Source: Nitrososphaerota archaeon
Lineage (GTDB): Archaea; Thermoproteota; EX4484-205; JAAOZP01
NCBI GenBank assembly: GCA_011605725.1
Contig: JAAOZP010000017.1
Span: forward strand, 374,354 to 438,353
DNA length: 64,000 nt
Reading direction: 5' to 3'
Position 1 is the first letter of the stretch. Each line of letters opens with the position of its first letter. Positions 1 to 8,687 of this stretch are shown here, in pieces. The translations under genes and the position numbers were made by a program. A model generated the notes under the pieces. It was given only the letters and a program-made list of their open reading frames with translations, was not told where the DNA came from and made no database searches.

Positions 1-1
1 C

Positions 2-133
2 GGTTGGCTCATAATCCTGGTGATAACTCCTCTTCTTGCAACCTTTCTAGCCAGGGCTGCAACACTCTTCTATTCGGATGCTGTTGAAAAAACCCTACTT
101 CCGCCACCCCCGCCTCCACCTATAACTGTTTAA
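2..133 (+). CDS. 3' end of a membrane protein (partial, runs off window start)
   Basis: Manual translation GWLIILVITPLLATFLARAATLFYSDAVEKTLLPPPPPPITV*: hydrophobic segment then poly-Pro tail; TAA at 131-133. Confidence 0.6.
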   Translation, partial: GWLIILVITPLLATFLARAATLFYSDAVEKTLLPPPPPPPITV

Positions 134-284
134 CCATCACGCGAGTTTCCCCTGAAAACCTGATTGAAGTAGTTTTTCAGCTTATACCATATTGTTTCCC
201 GTGGCATGTGAATCAGCCAGCGCATCTGCAAAAATGTCTCATTTCAGCGCTCTAAATCTTTTTTAAACCAGAAGACGTTTCCCA

Positions 285-1145
285 GTGATCATGGGAGACT
301 GGACTAGGAGAATCTTCATAGAACGAGCTGATCTCTTTCTTAAAATCATGAATGAGAAATGGATTAAAACAGAGGCTCTCGTCGACGGAATGATAAGGCT
401 GCTTAAGGATTTCAACATTGAAAGCGGAAGGATACTGGATCTTTGCTGCGGAAACGGGAGGGTTGCAATAACCTTTGCTAAAAAGGGTTTCAGAGCCGTG
501 GGCATCGATTTTTCCCCCATGTTTATCGAAGATGCTAAAGAAAAGGCAAGGGAGCTAGGCGTCTCTAAAAGGACCAGCTTCATATGTGGCGACGCTAGAA
601 GACTCTTGAGCCTCGTGCCCAAGGATGCGTTTTTCGACGTAGTAACCAGTGTCTGGACATCAATAGGCTATTACAGTAAGGATGAAGACCTTTCAGTTTT
701 CAAGCAGGCGAGAAAGCTAACAAGAGATGGAGGGATACTTTTCATAGCTGAGACAGTTCATAGAGATTCCCTAAACCTGAGTTTCTGCCCTTCATCGTTC
801 ACGCTCTACGAGAATATTGTTCTAGTTGAAGAAAGGAAGTGGGACGTGCTCACCTCTAAGCTTAGAACCACATGGTCTTTCTACGCGAAGAACGGTGATA
901 ACCTAAGGCTTATTGACAGAATCATGTTCGACATATACGTCTATAGCGTAAGCGAGCTTGCATCAATGTTGAGGGAAGCAGGTTGGGAAACCGTCGCAAC
1001 ATATGGGAACCTGGCTACTGGACAACTGTTCAGCCCCTGGACAGAGTTAAACCTGGTTGCGAAAACCACTAACATGCAGCATGATGAAAAAGGTAGTGGC
1101 ACTACACAGTTTTTTAAAAAGACTGAAAGGAGTTTAAAGGATTAA
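285..1145 (+). CDS. Class I SAM-dependent methyltransferase
   Basis: ILDLCCGNGR motif I, GIDFS, GDAR, FDVVTS motifs. Confidence 0.9.
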   Translation: MIMGDWTRRIFIERADLFLKIMNEKWIKTEALVDGMIRLLKDFNIESGRILDLCCGNGRVAITFAKKGFRAVGIDFSPMFIEDAKEKARELGVSKRTSFICGDARRLLSLVPKDAFFDVVTSVWTSIGYYSKDEDLSVFKQARKLTRDGGILFIAETVHRDSLNLSFCPSSFTLYENIVLVEERKWDVLTSKLRTTWSFYAKNGDNLRLIDRIMFDIYVYSVSELASMLREAGWETVATYGNLATGQLFSPWTELNLVAKTTNMQHDEKGSGTTQFFKKTERSLKD

Positions 1146-2074
1146 GCTTCCTTAACACCCTCTAAAGCCTCGCGCAAACCCTTGTAGCGGTTACGAACAG
1201 TAACCTCAGTAACATTACTTGCTTCAGCAATCTGTTTTTGAGTGAACAATTGTAAACCAAGCCTCTGCGTAGCAAGATACATCGCGGCCGCAACCATTCC
1301 AAGCGGGTCTTTACCAGCCGTGATCTTTTTCTCCTTAGCCTCTTTTAAAATTTTCAATGTTTCTCTCTCCACCTCCGGTCCGACTTTAAGCTTGCTCGCG
1401 ACTTTTTCAACATATATCGCCGGGTCGCTGAGAGGCATTTTGCTTTCAAGCGACCTGATCAACAGCCTGTAGCTTCTCGCCACCTCCTTCCTCTTAAGCC
1501 CTGAAGCATTCGCAACCTCTTTAAGCGTCCTCGGGATTCCACTGTCTCTGCATGCTGCGTACAATGCTGCCGCCGCGAGACTGTTTATCGGTCTCCCCCT
1601 CACCAGTCCTCTTTCAAGAGCGTCACGATAGATCTGCACTGCCCTCGTGTATGTTGCCTTCGGCGCTTTAAGCTGGTCTGCTATCTGCGATATTACTTTA
1701 CTCGCAACCTGCAGGTTTCTCTCCGCCGAGTTGTACGCCCTGTTTCTCTGCTGCCATAGTCTTAGCTTCTGGGCTTCAGCCATTGCTTTCTCAGAAAGCA
1801 CTTTGCCAGTTGCGTCTTTAATTCCTGTTTCAAGCGTGGTTGATAGTCCATAATCATATATTGCTGTTGATAGGGGACTTCCAACCCTATCTCTTTTCTC
1901 TGATTCCTCGTCTCCAAATTCCCTCCATTCTTTCGACTCGTCAAGCATCTTCTGCACGAGTACGAAGCCGCATGCTGAGCAATAGATTTCCCCAGACCTT
2001 TTATCCTCCACTATCTTCTTCGAGCCGCACTGGGGACATGCCCACCTCTGCAGCTCGTCTGATGGGAGGCTCAT
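1142..2074 (-). CDS. tfb: Transcription initiation factor IIB (TFB)
   Basis: Zn ribbon CPQCGS...CSACG, EWREF B-reader, two cyclin repeats, EVTVRNRY. Confidence 0.97.
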   Translation of the reverse strand: MSLPSDELQRWACPQCGSKKIVEDKRSGEIYCSACGFVLVQKMLDESKEWREFGDEESEKRDRVGSPLSTAIYDYGLSTTLETGIKDATGKVLSEKAMAEAQKLRLWQQRNRAYNSAERNLQVASKVISQIADQLKAPKATYTRAVQIYRDALERGLVRGRPINSLAAAALYAACRDSGIPRTLKEVANASGLKRKEVARSYRLLIRSLESKMPLSDPAIYVEKVASKLKVGPEVERETLKILKEAKEKKITAGKDPLGMVAAAMYLATQRLGLQLFTQKQIAEASNVTEVTVRNRYKGLREALEGVKEA

Positions 2075-2269
2075 CTCTCAAACCTCCTGCGGAAAAGCTT
2101 AAAAGCAGGTGCCATTTTCACTCAACCCTCCCATACCATTATTTAAACTTTTCGCTTTTCCGGCCGAGTAGTCAAAAACCCCCTTCTCACGGTTTCCCCA
2201 GCCGAATAAACCCTTATTTCCCAGTTTCTCCCGGATGATTAAAACCGTTTAAAAGGGTTTAGAGTATTA

Positions 2270-2285
2270 TTTAGCGCACGCTAAA
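2270..2285. promoter_or_regulatory. 16-bp imperfect palindrome TTTAGCGCACGCTAAA just before the dinB start
   Basis: 7-bp arms with CA centre, about 20 bp downstream of TATA-like TTTAAAAG (2248-2255); last base is the A of the dinB ATG. Confidence 0.55.
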
Positions 2286-3427
2286 TGAGCCTTTGGAAAA
2301 ACCCTGTCGAAAAGCAGGCGTCGCAACCCAGAGTTATAATGCTCGTTGACCTAGACTATTTTTTCGCGCAGTGCGAGGAAGTAAGGAATCCTTCTTTAAG
2401 AAACAAGCCTGTGGTTGTATGTGTGTACTCTGGAAGAAGTGGGGAAAGCGGTGTTGTGAGCACTGCAAACTATGAGGCTAGGAAATACGGTGTTAAATCA
2501 GGCATCCCTATCACCGTGGCTAAAAAAAGGCTGGCGAATGTTGACGCAGTATTTCTCCCTGTTGACCATGATTATTACGACAGGGTTTCAGAAGAAGTGA
2601 TGAATATCCTTAGGAATCATGCTGATGTCTTCGAGCAGGCGGGGGTTGACGAAGCCTACTTGGATGTGAGCGAGAGAGTTGGAAGAAGCTTTGATAAAGC
2701 CAGGGAATTAGCTGAGAAGATAAAGGAGGAGGTGAGGAGAAGCAAGGGGTTGACATGTTCAATAGGCATCGGTCCGAATAAGCTTGTCGCTAAGATTGCT
2801 GCCGACAGTCAAAAGCCGGATGGCCTAACGGTTGTTAAACCCGAAGAGGTTCAAGGCTTCCTTTCACCCCTGCCGGTCAACCGGTTAATCGGAGTCGGAG
2901 CCAAGACCCAGAGCCGGATGGAGAGCCTAGGCATTAAGACGATCGGCGACCTAGCTGGTTTTAGTGTTCAGAGGCTCGTTGAGCTTTTCGGGGAGAAGCT
3001 TGGCATTTACTTCTATAATGCTTCCCATGGGGTAGATAACAGGCCTGTTGAAGAAAAAGGTGAAACGGCATCCATAAGTAGAATATCGACTCTTAGGGAA
3101 GATACTCGCGACACAGAGGCTATTATGAGAAAGGCTGGTGAGCTTTGCGACGAGATTCAAGCTGAACTCGCCCGGCGTAGGCTAAAGGCTAAGCAGATTG
3201 GAATAATAGTTATTTCTAAAGATACTAGTGTTCACAGCAGGTCGAAAACCCTGGCACAGCCCACGAGTAATCCGGAGGCGCTTAAAAAGGATGTGAGAGA
3301 ACTGTTTGAAAGATTTCTGAGGGAATCCGGGCTTGAAGCGCGAAGAGTAGGTGTGAAGGTCTCAGGCTTCGTTAGAGGAGACAGTCAGAGAAGACTGGGA
3401 AGCTTTATTCAGGGCGAGGCAGAGTAA
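2285..3427 (+). CDS. dinB: DNA polymerase IV (Y-family, DinB/Dpo4)
   Basis: VDLDYFFAQCE, STANYEARKYGV, GVDEAYLD, KPDG motifs, little-finger RRVGVKVSG. Confidence 0.96.
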   Translation: MSLWKNPVEKQASQPRVIMLVDLDYFFAQCEEVRNPSLRNKPVVVCVYSGRSGESGVVSTANYEARKYGVKSGIPITVAKKRLANVDAVFLPVDHDYYDRVSEEVMNILRNHADVFEQAGVDEAYLDVSERVGRSFDKARELAEKIKEEVRRSKGLTCSIGIGPNKLVAKIAADSQKPDGLTVVKPEEVQGFLSPLPVNRLIGVGAKTQSRMESLGIKTIGDLAGFSVQRLVELFGEKLGIYFYNASHGVDNRPVEEKGETASISRISTLREDTRDTEAIMRKAGELCDEIQAELARRRLKAKQIGIIVISKDTSVHSRSKTLAQPTSNPEALKKDVRELFERFLRESGLEARRVGVKVSGFVRGDSQRRLGSFIQGEAE

Positions 3428-3705
3428 TACTTCCTCAAACATCCAGGCAATCCGTCACCACAGGCTTCCGTCAGTAGTGTGCACCGGATCTTCCGGAGAC
3501 GAAGACAACGATACCAGCCATGGTTTGTCTTAGACACCGCATCCCGCCGGCTAATCCATATTCAAAAACCCTTAACCTCCCTGTTCCACCGGTTTTTATG
3601 CGCAGAACCATTGTCCTAATTGATGCTCATTTTCACACAACCCTCTCCCTCAAACGTTTACCTGCCTCCGTATTTTTAAAGACGGTTTCAAACGGCTTTT
3701 CAGCC

Positions 3706-4668
3706 ATGATGACGGAGTGCTCGCTTGAGGATATTGACGGCGTTGGGCCTGCGACGGCGAGGAAGCTCAGGGAAGCTGGCTTCGTAAGCATTGAGTCCCT
3801 AGCGGTTGCAACAGCATTCGAGATCTCCGAGGCTACTGGAATAGGCTATGATACTGCTCTCAAGATCTCCCAGGCTGCCAGGGAGCTTGTCAAGATAGAC
3901 CTGGTTACTGCAGACGAGGTTTTGAAGAGGAGGCAGCAGGCCCAGAAGATCACGACTGGAAGCAAAGCCTTAGACGCTCTTCTCGGGGGAGGAATCGAGA
4001 CTCAAGCCATAACGGAGCTTGTTGGAGAATTCGGAACCGGGAAGACCCAGCTCTGCCACACTTTATGCGTGACAGTTCAGCTTCCCAAGGATAAGGGCGG
4101 GTTGGAGGCCGGCGCGTTATTCATAGATACTGAGGGGACGTTCAGGCCTGAGAGGATTGTTCAGATAGCTAGGAAACACAGGCTTGAAGCCGAGAAGGCT
4201 CTTAAGAACATTATCTACGCTAGAGTTTACAACTCTGATCATCAGGTTCTCTTGGTTGACAAGGCTTGGGAAATATGCAGTCAGCACCCAATAAGGCTGA
4301 TTATCGTAGACTCTCTGACAAGCCAGTTCAGGGGAGAGTATCTTGGGAGGGAAGCGTTAGCCTTAAGGCAGCAGAGGCTTAACGGCCATGTTCACAAGCT
4401 GCTTAAGTTGGCTGAGGCTCTTAACCTTGCCGTTGTCGTTACTAACCAGGTTGTCGCTAACCCTGGCCAGTTCTTCGGAGACCCCAACAAGCCGGCAGGC
4501 GGGAACGTAGTTGCGCATGCAAGCACCTACAGGCTGTTTCTAAGGAAGGGTAAGGAGAATACCCGTGTTGCATGCCTCTTCGACGCTCCACACCTGCCTT
4601 ATGGGGAGGCTTCTTTCCTCGTTGGTGAAGGCGGGGTTGTGGATTCGCCAGGATCCGAGTCTAGTTAA
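3706..4668 (+). CDS. radA: DNA repair and recombination protein RadA
   Basis: HhH N-domain GVGPATARKL, Walker A GEFGTGKT, IDTEGTFRPER, IIVDS; start moved from ORF-track 3520 to in-frame ATG 3706 downstream of TTTTTAAA. Confidence 0.95.
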   Translation: MMTECSLEDIDGVGPATARKLREAGFVSIESLAVATAFEISEATGIGYDTALKISQAARELVKIDLVTADEVLKRRQQAQKITTGSKALDALLGGGIETQAITELVGEFGTGKTQLCHTLCVTVQLPKDKGGLEAGALFIDTEGTFRPERIVQIARKHRLEAEKALKNIIYARVYNSDHQVLLVDKAWEICSQHPIRLIIVDSLTSQFRGEYLGREALALRQQRLNGHVHKLLKLAEALNLAVVVTNQVVANPGQFFGDPNKPAGGNVVAHASTYRLFLRKGKENTRVACLFDAPHLPYGEASFLVGEGGVVDSPGSESS

Positions 4669-5443
4669 ACGGTACTACGAGTCAGCAAGTATTCCGGTAA
4701 ACCTGCCCTGGAAACTTAGCAGGAAGCATATCAGGATAGTTACTCGAGACGGGCGTTTCATAAAGCTTAACACGCTTAGAAACAGGATAAACTCTAAAGC
4801 ATTATGGAGGCTCTGCGCCAAGTATGCTCCTACGCACGTCTGCATGAGCGTGCTCGACTACCTTTCCCCTGAGAAGGTTGGGCTGAGTAGCGAAGCAAGA
4901 CATGCCTACCCTGTTGGCGGAGAGTATGTTGTCGACGTTGACAACTCCCTGTTTAGAGGGATAGATAGCCACGAGCATCCCAGGACACTGGTCTGCTACG
5001 AGTGTCTAGAGATTGTTAAGAAGTACACCATTAGAATCTGCGAACTCATCGAGGAGAACTACAGCAACATAATTATAGTTTTCAGCGGCGTAAGGGGCTT
5101 CCACATTCATGTGCTCGACTTTCAGGCTGGAGACTGGGCTTCCTTCGACGGGCACAACCTGTTTAAGAGTCACAAGGCCGCCAGGTTTCGCTACACCCTC
5201 CACCTCTCTAGGATGCTTGACACGCTTTTAGATAAGTCCCGTTTCACGCTCTCAGTAGACCCGATGAAGGCTATAGCTGTTCCCTACTCTCTCAACGCCT
5301 CCACCATGCTGGTTTGCAGACCCGTAGGAAGCAGAATAGACCTTGAGAGGAAGAGCGTAACCAAGATACTCGACGAGGCAAACCCGGCTCTATTAATATG
5401 GCCGGTTAAAGCCATCTCTGAGCAACACGTCGAGTTTCAGTAA
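4637..5443 (+). CDS. Archaeo-eukaryotic primase (AEP) superfamily protein, divergent PriS-like primase/polymerase
   Basis: EYVVDVD (motif I), FSGVRGFHIHV (motif II), SVD..AVPYSLN (motif III region), H/C cluster HEHPRTLVCYEC; likely TTG start 4637 with GGTGA RBS overlapping radA end. Confidence 0.8.
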   Translation: MWIRQDPSLVKRYYESASIPVNLPWKLSRKHIRIVTRDGRFIKLNTLRNRINSKALWRLCAKYAPTHVCMSVLDYLSPEKVGLSSEARHAYPVGGEYVVDVDNSLFRGIDSHEHPRTLVCYECLEIVKKYTIRICELIEENYSNIIIVFSGVRGFHIHVLDFQAGDWASFDGHNLFKSHKAARFRYTLHLSRMLDTLLDKSRFTLSVDPMKAIAVPYSLNASTMLVCRPVGSRIDLERKSVTKILDEANPALLIWPVKAISEQHVEFQ

Positions 5444-5587
5444 ACCATTTACGCTAAAAACACCGTAGGCCGTATCCGCGAATGATTTTCCATGCTCCTC
5501 CTAAACGTGAAAATGCGATTTTCAGGGAAACTCATGTTCGAAGGGATAAGGAAACAGATAAATCAAAGAGCAGGCTTATTCCTAATC

Positions 5588-5989
5588 GTGGTGACTAGGG
5601 CGAGAGATTTAATCGAGGATGCTGAGGACTTCCTAGGGTCTGCTTTAGACCTGTTTAAAACCGGAAGATGGTCAAAAGTATGCTTTAACGCGCAACAGGC
5701 AGCCGAGCTTTCCCTCAAGGCGGCTTTAAATCACTACGGTGTCGAAAAAAGGACGCACTCGCTTGTCGACCTAGTCGAAGAGCTGATTAAGATAGATGAA
5801 CGGTTCAAAGCCTTTCAGGAAAACGCTAAGATACTGGACCAGTACTATATTCCGACAAGGTATGCCAATGCTTTTGCAAGCGGGCCCGCTAAGAGATATT
5901 TCACAAGGCTACAGGCTGAGCAGGCAATAAGCCTAGCGAAATCCATTTTCGAGGAGGCGAAGAAGATTGTTACCGAAGGAGAAACTTAA
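5588..5989 (+). CDS. HEPN domain protein (HEPN-MNT toxin-antitoxin)
   Basis: CFNAQQAAELSLKA, THSL, YIPTRY; GTG start inferred (ORF track starts at 5492). Confidence 0.88.
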   Translation: MVTRARDLIEDAEDFLGSALDLFKTGRWSKVCFNAQQAAELSLKAALNHYGVEKRTHSLVDLVEELIKIDERFKAFQENAKILDQYYIPTRYANAFASGPAKRYFTRLQAEQAISLAKSIFEEAKKIVTEGET

Positions 5990-6398
5990 GAACATCGCCT
6001 ACGAGAAGGTTATGGAGTTTCTACGTCAAGTCGAAAAGCTTAAGCCGATGCTCATCGTGCTTTTCGGCTCCTACGCTAGGGGGGACTTCACTGAGAAGAG
6101 CGACATAGATGTGTGCATAGTGGCTGAGAATCTTCCCGAGAACATTTTCGAGAGGAGGAGCCTATCCGGGCTTTACAGGGTAGACAATCTGAGGGCCGTC
6201 GGATATTTCCCGCAAGAGTTTCTAGAGGAATTAGAGAAGCCTAACTTCTTCCTGTACGATGTGCTTGAGGACGGCATAATTATTCACTACGACAAGTCTT
6301 TTCTGGAAAACGTAATGGAGAAAAGAAACACGGTTAAAAAGAAAATGGGTTTAGTAAGGGAAAGCGACGGCTGGAGGATAATGAGAAAAGAGAAATAA
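5967..6398 (+). CDS. Minimal nucleotidyltransferase (MNT)
   Basis: LFGSYARGD..SDIDV; overlaps HEPN gene. Confidence 0.9.
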   Translation: MLPKEKLKNIAYEKVMEFLRQVEKLKPMLIVLFGSYARGDFTEKSDIDVCIVAENLPENIFERRSLSGLYRVDNLRAVGYFPQEFLEELEKPNFFLYDVLEDGIIIHYDKSFLENVMEKRNTVKKKMGLVRESDGWRIMRKEK

Positions 6399-6665
6399 AG
6401 CAGACGCGTCTTTAAACCGTGAGAGAATGAGGAAACTATAATAGCGCGTGCTGAATTTTAGCCCATCCCGACTTGGGCACGGGATGCTGATCTAATGTTT
6501 AGCAGTATATTCTCTTAAGGCTTAGCGCAACCCTACTCCTTTTTAAGTATTATACAGCGCATATTAGAGTTTCGAGGCCAGAATACTTACGATGGCGCAT
6601 GCTCACAGATACGGGAGCCCCCAGCGCGCTAGCCTAGCTTTCAATACTGGTTTCTAAAAACATTC

Positions 6666-7078
6666 TTATTTTTCAGCACTGGAGGTAATCCAGATTCTTT
6701 TAATCCCTCTAACCTTGTCGAACTCCCTGTCTTCGAAAACTATATTACTTATCCCGGCTTTCTCCATCGTTGCCAAGTGTATAGCGTCAGAGGTTTCAAA
6801 CCGTATTTCAACAAGTATTTTTCAGCGGGCTTTGAATCCTTCTCTTCAACAGGCAAGACTTCAGCGTAGGGCAGCACTATGTTTTTCAAGAAATCTAGAG
6901 TTGTTTCATACGACACTCCATACTTTCTCGATATGTAAAGCACCTTATCTATCACAAGCATGCCCGTAAACAGCTGTTCTTCAAGAAGTCTTTTAAACAG
7001 CCCTTCTACCAGCCTTCTTTCATCATCCACCATAGCGTTCAAGTATATGAAGAGGCAAGCATCTAGAAAGGCTTTCAA
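6666..7078 (-). pseudogene. vapC: VapC/PIN toxin with 1-nt frameshift near 6790
   Basis: MKAFLDAC N-terminus; alternative frame restores SDAIHLATMEKAGISNIVFEDREFDKVRGIKRIW to TAA at 6666-6668. Confidence 0.8.
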
Positions 7079-7356
7079 CCAGCGTTCTCCTCAAACTCCA
7101 TTTCTAAATAGGCCTTACTCAGGCCCCCCAGTTTCAGACCAGAAACCCCTATCCTTCTAATCTTTTCAACATGCTCCTTAAGCCTTTTCATTATTTCCTC
7201 CTGAGAGGGTTTTCCCCTTATCAGGATTCCTTCAGAAGTGAGTTCGATCGAAACCTTCTCTCCCTCCACTATTCCATACCTGTCTCTAAACACTTTAGGG
7301 ATGAGTATTTGACCCTTTTCTCCAACTTTTACCTTGAGTTCAACCATGGTTTCCAA
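7075..7356 (-). CDS. AbrB/MazE-type antitoxin (VapB)
   Basis: KVGEKGQILIPKVFRDRYGI..G; directly upstream of the PIN gene. Confidence 0.88.
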   Translation of the reverse strand: METMVELKVKVGEKGQILIPKVFRDRYGIVEGEKVSIELTSEGILIRGKPSQEEIMKRLKEHVEKIRRIGVSGLKLGGLSKAYLEMEFEENAG

Positions 7357-7581
7357 AAGTTATACCTTAGTTGAAATCTTAAGCCTTTCCAACTTGAGTA
7401 GCAGCCAATGGGCACCTCCTCCTTCCCAAAGAAAGAGGCGAAAACCCTTGCTTCATCTAACAGCTTTCTCCTCAGCCCCCGCTACCTAAACCGACTCGAG
7501 AAGTATACTCTTAGTCTGAAGTTGTTTGTTTAACTCTAATTTTTCAAGCACCATACGATACAGGGCGGAGTCTACTCTGAG

Positions 7582-7773
7582 CGCGCGCGGAAAAGCTTTG
7601 AGGAGTTGCTTGATGATGCAGTCGATGACCTTAGGAACCACCTTCAGTTCGATAAGTATAAGAACGTTAAATACGGTATAGCTATAGGATTCTCATATGA
7701 TCCAGAGCAGGTGCTTGCGGAGGAGCCTGGCGTGCCCCCGCTCATAAGAGTGTATGGTAGGGGGGAGCCATAG
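7582..7773 (+). pseudogene. Headless 3' gene fragment, possibly a nuclease-fold C-terminus
   Basis: Frame RARKSFEELLDDAVDDLRNHLQFDKYKNVKYGIAIGFSYDPEQVLAEEPGVPPLIRVYGRGEP*; no start codon back to the in-frame stop at 7537; coding-like sequence begins at AGCGCGCGCG. Confidence 0.55.
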
Positions 7774-7777
7774 GGAA

Positions 7778-8443
7778 ATGAGCGTGGTTGAGAAGTTAAG
7801 GGTTCTGCTGGCTGAGAAGTTTGAGCGCAGGCCGTGGGAGAAGGTTGAGCTACTGCCTCCTCTCCCTCCTGAGAAGTGGGTGATAGCCGTTAGGATATCC
7901 TTCGACATCTTCATCAAGGCATACGAGAGTGGAAAGATACAGGTCGATGCCGGCCCAAAGCCAACCAGGAGCGAAATACGGGAGTACTTGAGTAGAAAGA
8001 AGTATGGCCGCATGTATGAAAAGGCTAAGACTGAGGAGGAGAAGGAGAGGATTTTACGAAAGGAGCATGAAGAAATAGGGAGGATCCTCGAGGACTTCAA
8101 GCAGAGGAGGTTCGAGAAATATTTGAAGATGACTAGCGCATTCAGGTTTCCTGGCCTGAGGGTCGGATGGAGCCTTGCAGACTGCGCCAAGAGCCACATG
8201 TGGGGAATCGAGGTGGCTAAAAGGGTTAGCGAAAAACATGGCATTGAAGTCAGGTTCGAAATAGACTATGAATCGGGCTTCTTCACAACATTCGACTCAA
8301 CAGGCATGGACGATGAACAATTAATCAACGAGACCATGAAAAGGGTAAATGCAATCGCCGAAGCTAGAGAGGTGTTCCTAAGCGAGAAGATGATGAACGA
8401 ATTCTTGAAAAGTAAAGGAATAGAAGTAAGCGGCGCTAATTAG
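7778..8443 (+). CDS. Hypothetical protein
   Basis: About 221-aa open frame, charged soluble protein; ATG 4 nt after the stop of the upstream fragment. Confidence 0.7.
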   Translation: MSVVEKLRVLLAEKFERRPWEKVELLPPLPPEKWVIAVRISFDIFIKAYESGKIQVDAGPKPTRSEIREYLSRKKYGRMYEKAKTEEEKERILRKEHEEIGRILEDFKQRRFEKYLKMTSAFRFPGLRVGWSLADCAKSHMWGIEVAKRVSEKHGIEVRFEIDYESGFFTTFDSTGMDDEQLINETMKRVNAIAEAREVFLSEKMMNEFLKSKGIEVSGAN

Positions 8444-8519
8444 GATGAATTCTTGACCTACACATGTTTGAATATTGAAATAAGTACAGCCGAATAGAAC
8501 AAAGAAATTATTTATTTAA

Positions 8520-8534
8520 TAAAAAAGAAAAAAA
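8520..8534 (-). terminator. Oligo-U terminator after tRNA-Gln
   Basis: A-run on + strand (T-run on -) immediately after the encoded CCA. Confidence 0.6.
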
Positions 8535-8662
8535 TGGTAGCCCGGAGGAGGTTCGAACTCCTGTCAAGGGGTTACTTTTCCGCTTTTTCGAGCGGATCCA
8601 GAGCCCCTCATCCCTAGTCGGGATCTAAGCCTTTTCCCCGTTGACCGCTAGACGACCGGGCT
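8535..8662 (-). tRNA. tRNA-Gln(CUG) with two introns (position 21/22 at 8614-8640, 27 nt; position 37/38 at 8573-8597, 25 nt), encoded CCA
   Basis: Spliced: AGCCCGGTCGTCTAGCGGTCAA|GGATGAGGGGCTCTGG|ACCCCTTGACAGGAGTTCGAACCTCCTCCGGGCTACCA; A1-U72 pair typical of archaeal tRNA-Gln; bulge-helix-bulge-like folds at both junctions. Confidence 0.92.
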
Positions 8663-8687
8663 GCCTGTTTCGATGTTTCTTTGACGA

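Noticed and set aside
3520-3705. N-terminal extensions on RadA (and on HEPN, LysY, URO-D-like and surface protein)
   Set aside because: Family similarity and RBS/TATA positions favour downstream starts; the extensions cross non-coding DNA.
6399-6665. CRISPR array
   Set aside because: Repeats are only about 10 bp, degenerate and unevenly spaced; no 24-47 bp repeat, leader or cas gene in the window.
2075-8535. Intact provirus or integrative element at tRNA-Gln
   Set aside because: No integrase, capsid, packaging ATPase or duplicated tRNA end was seen.
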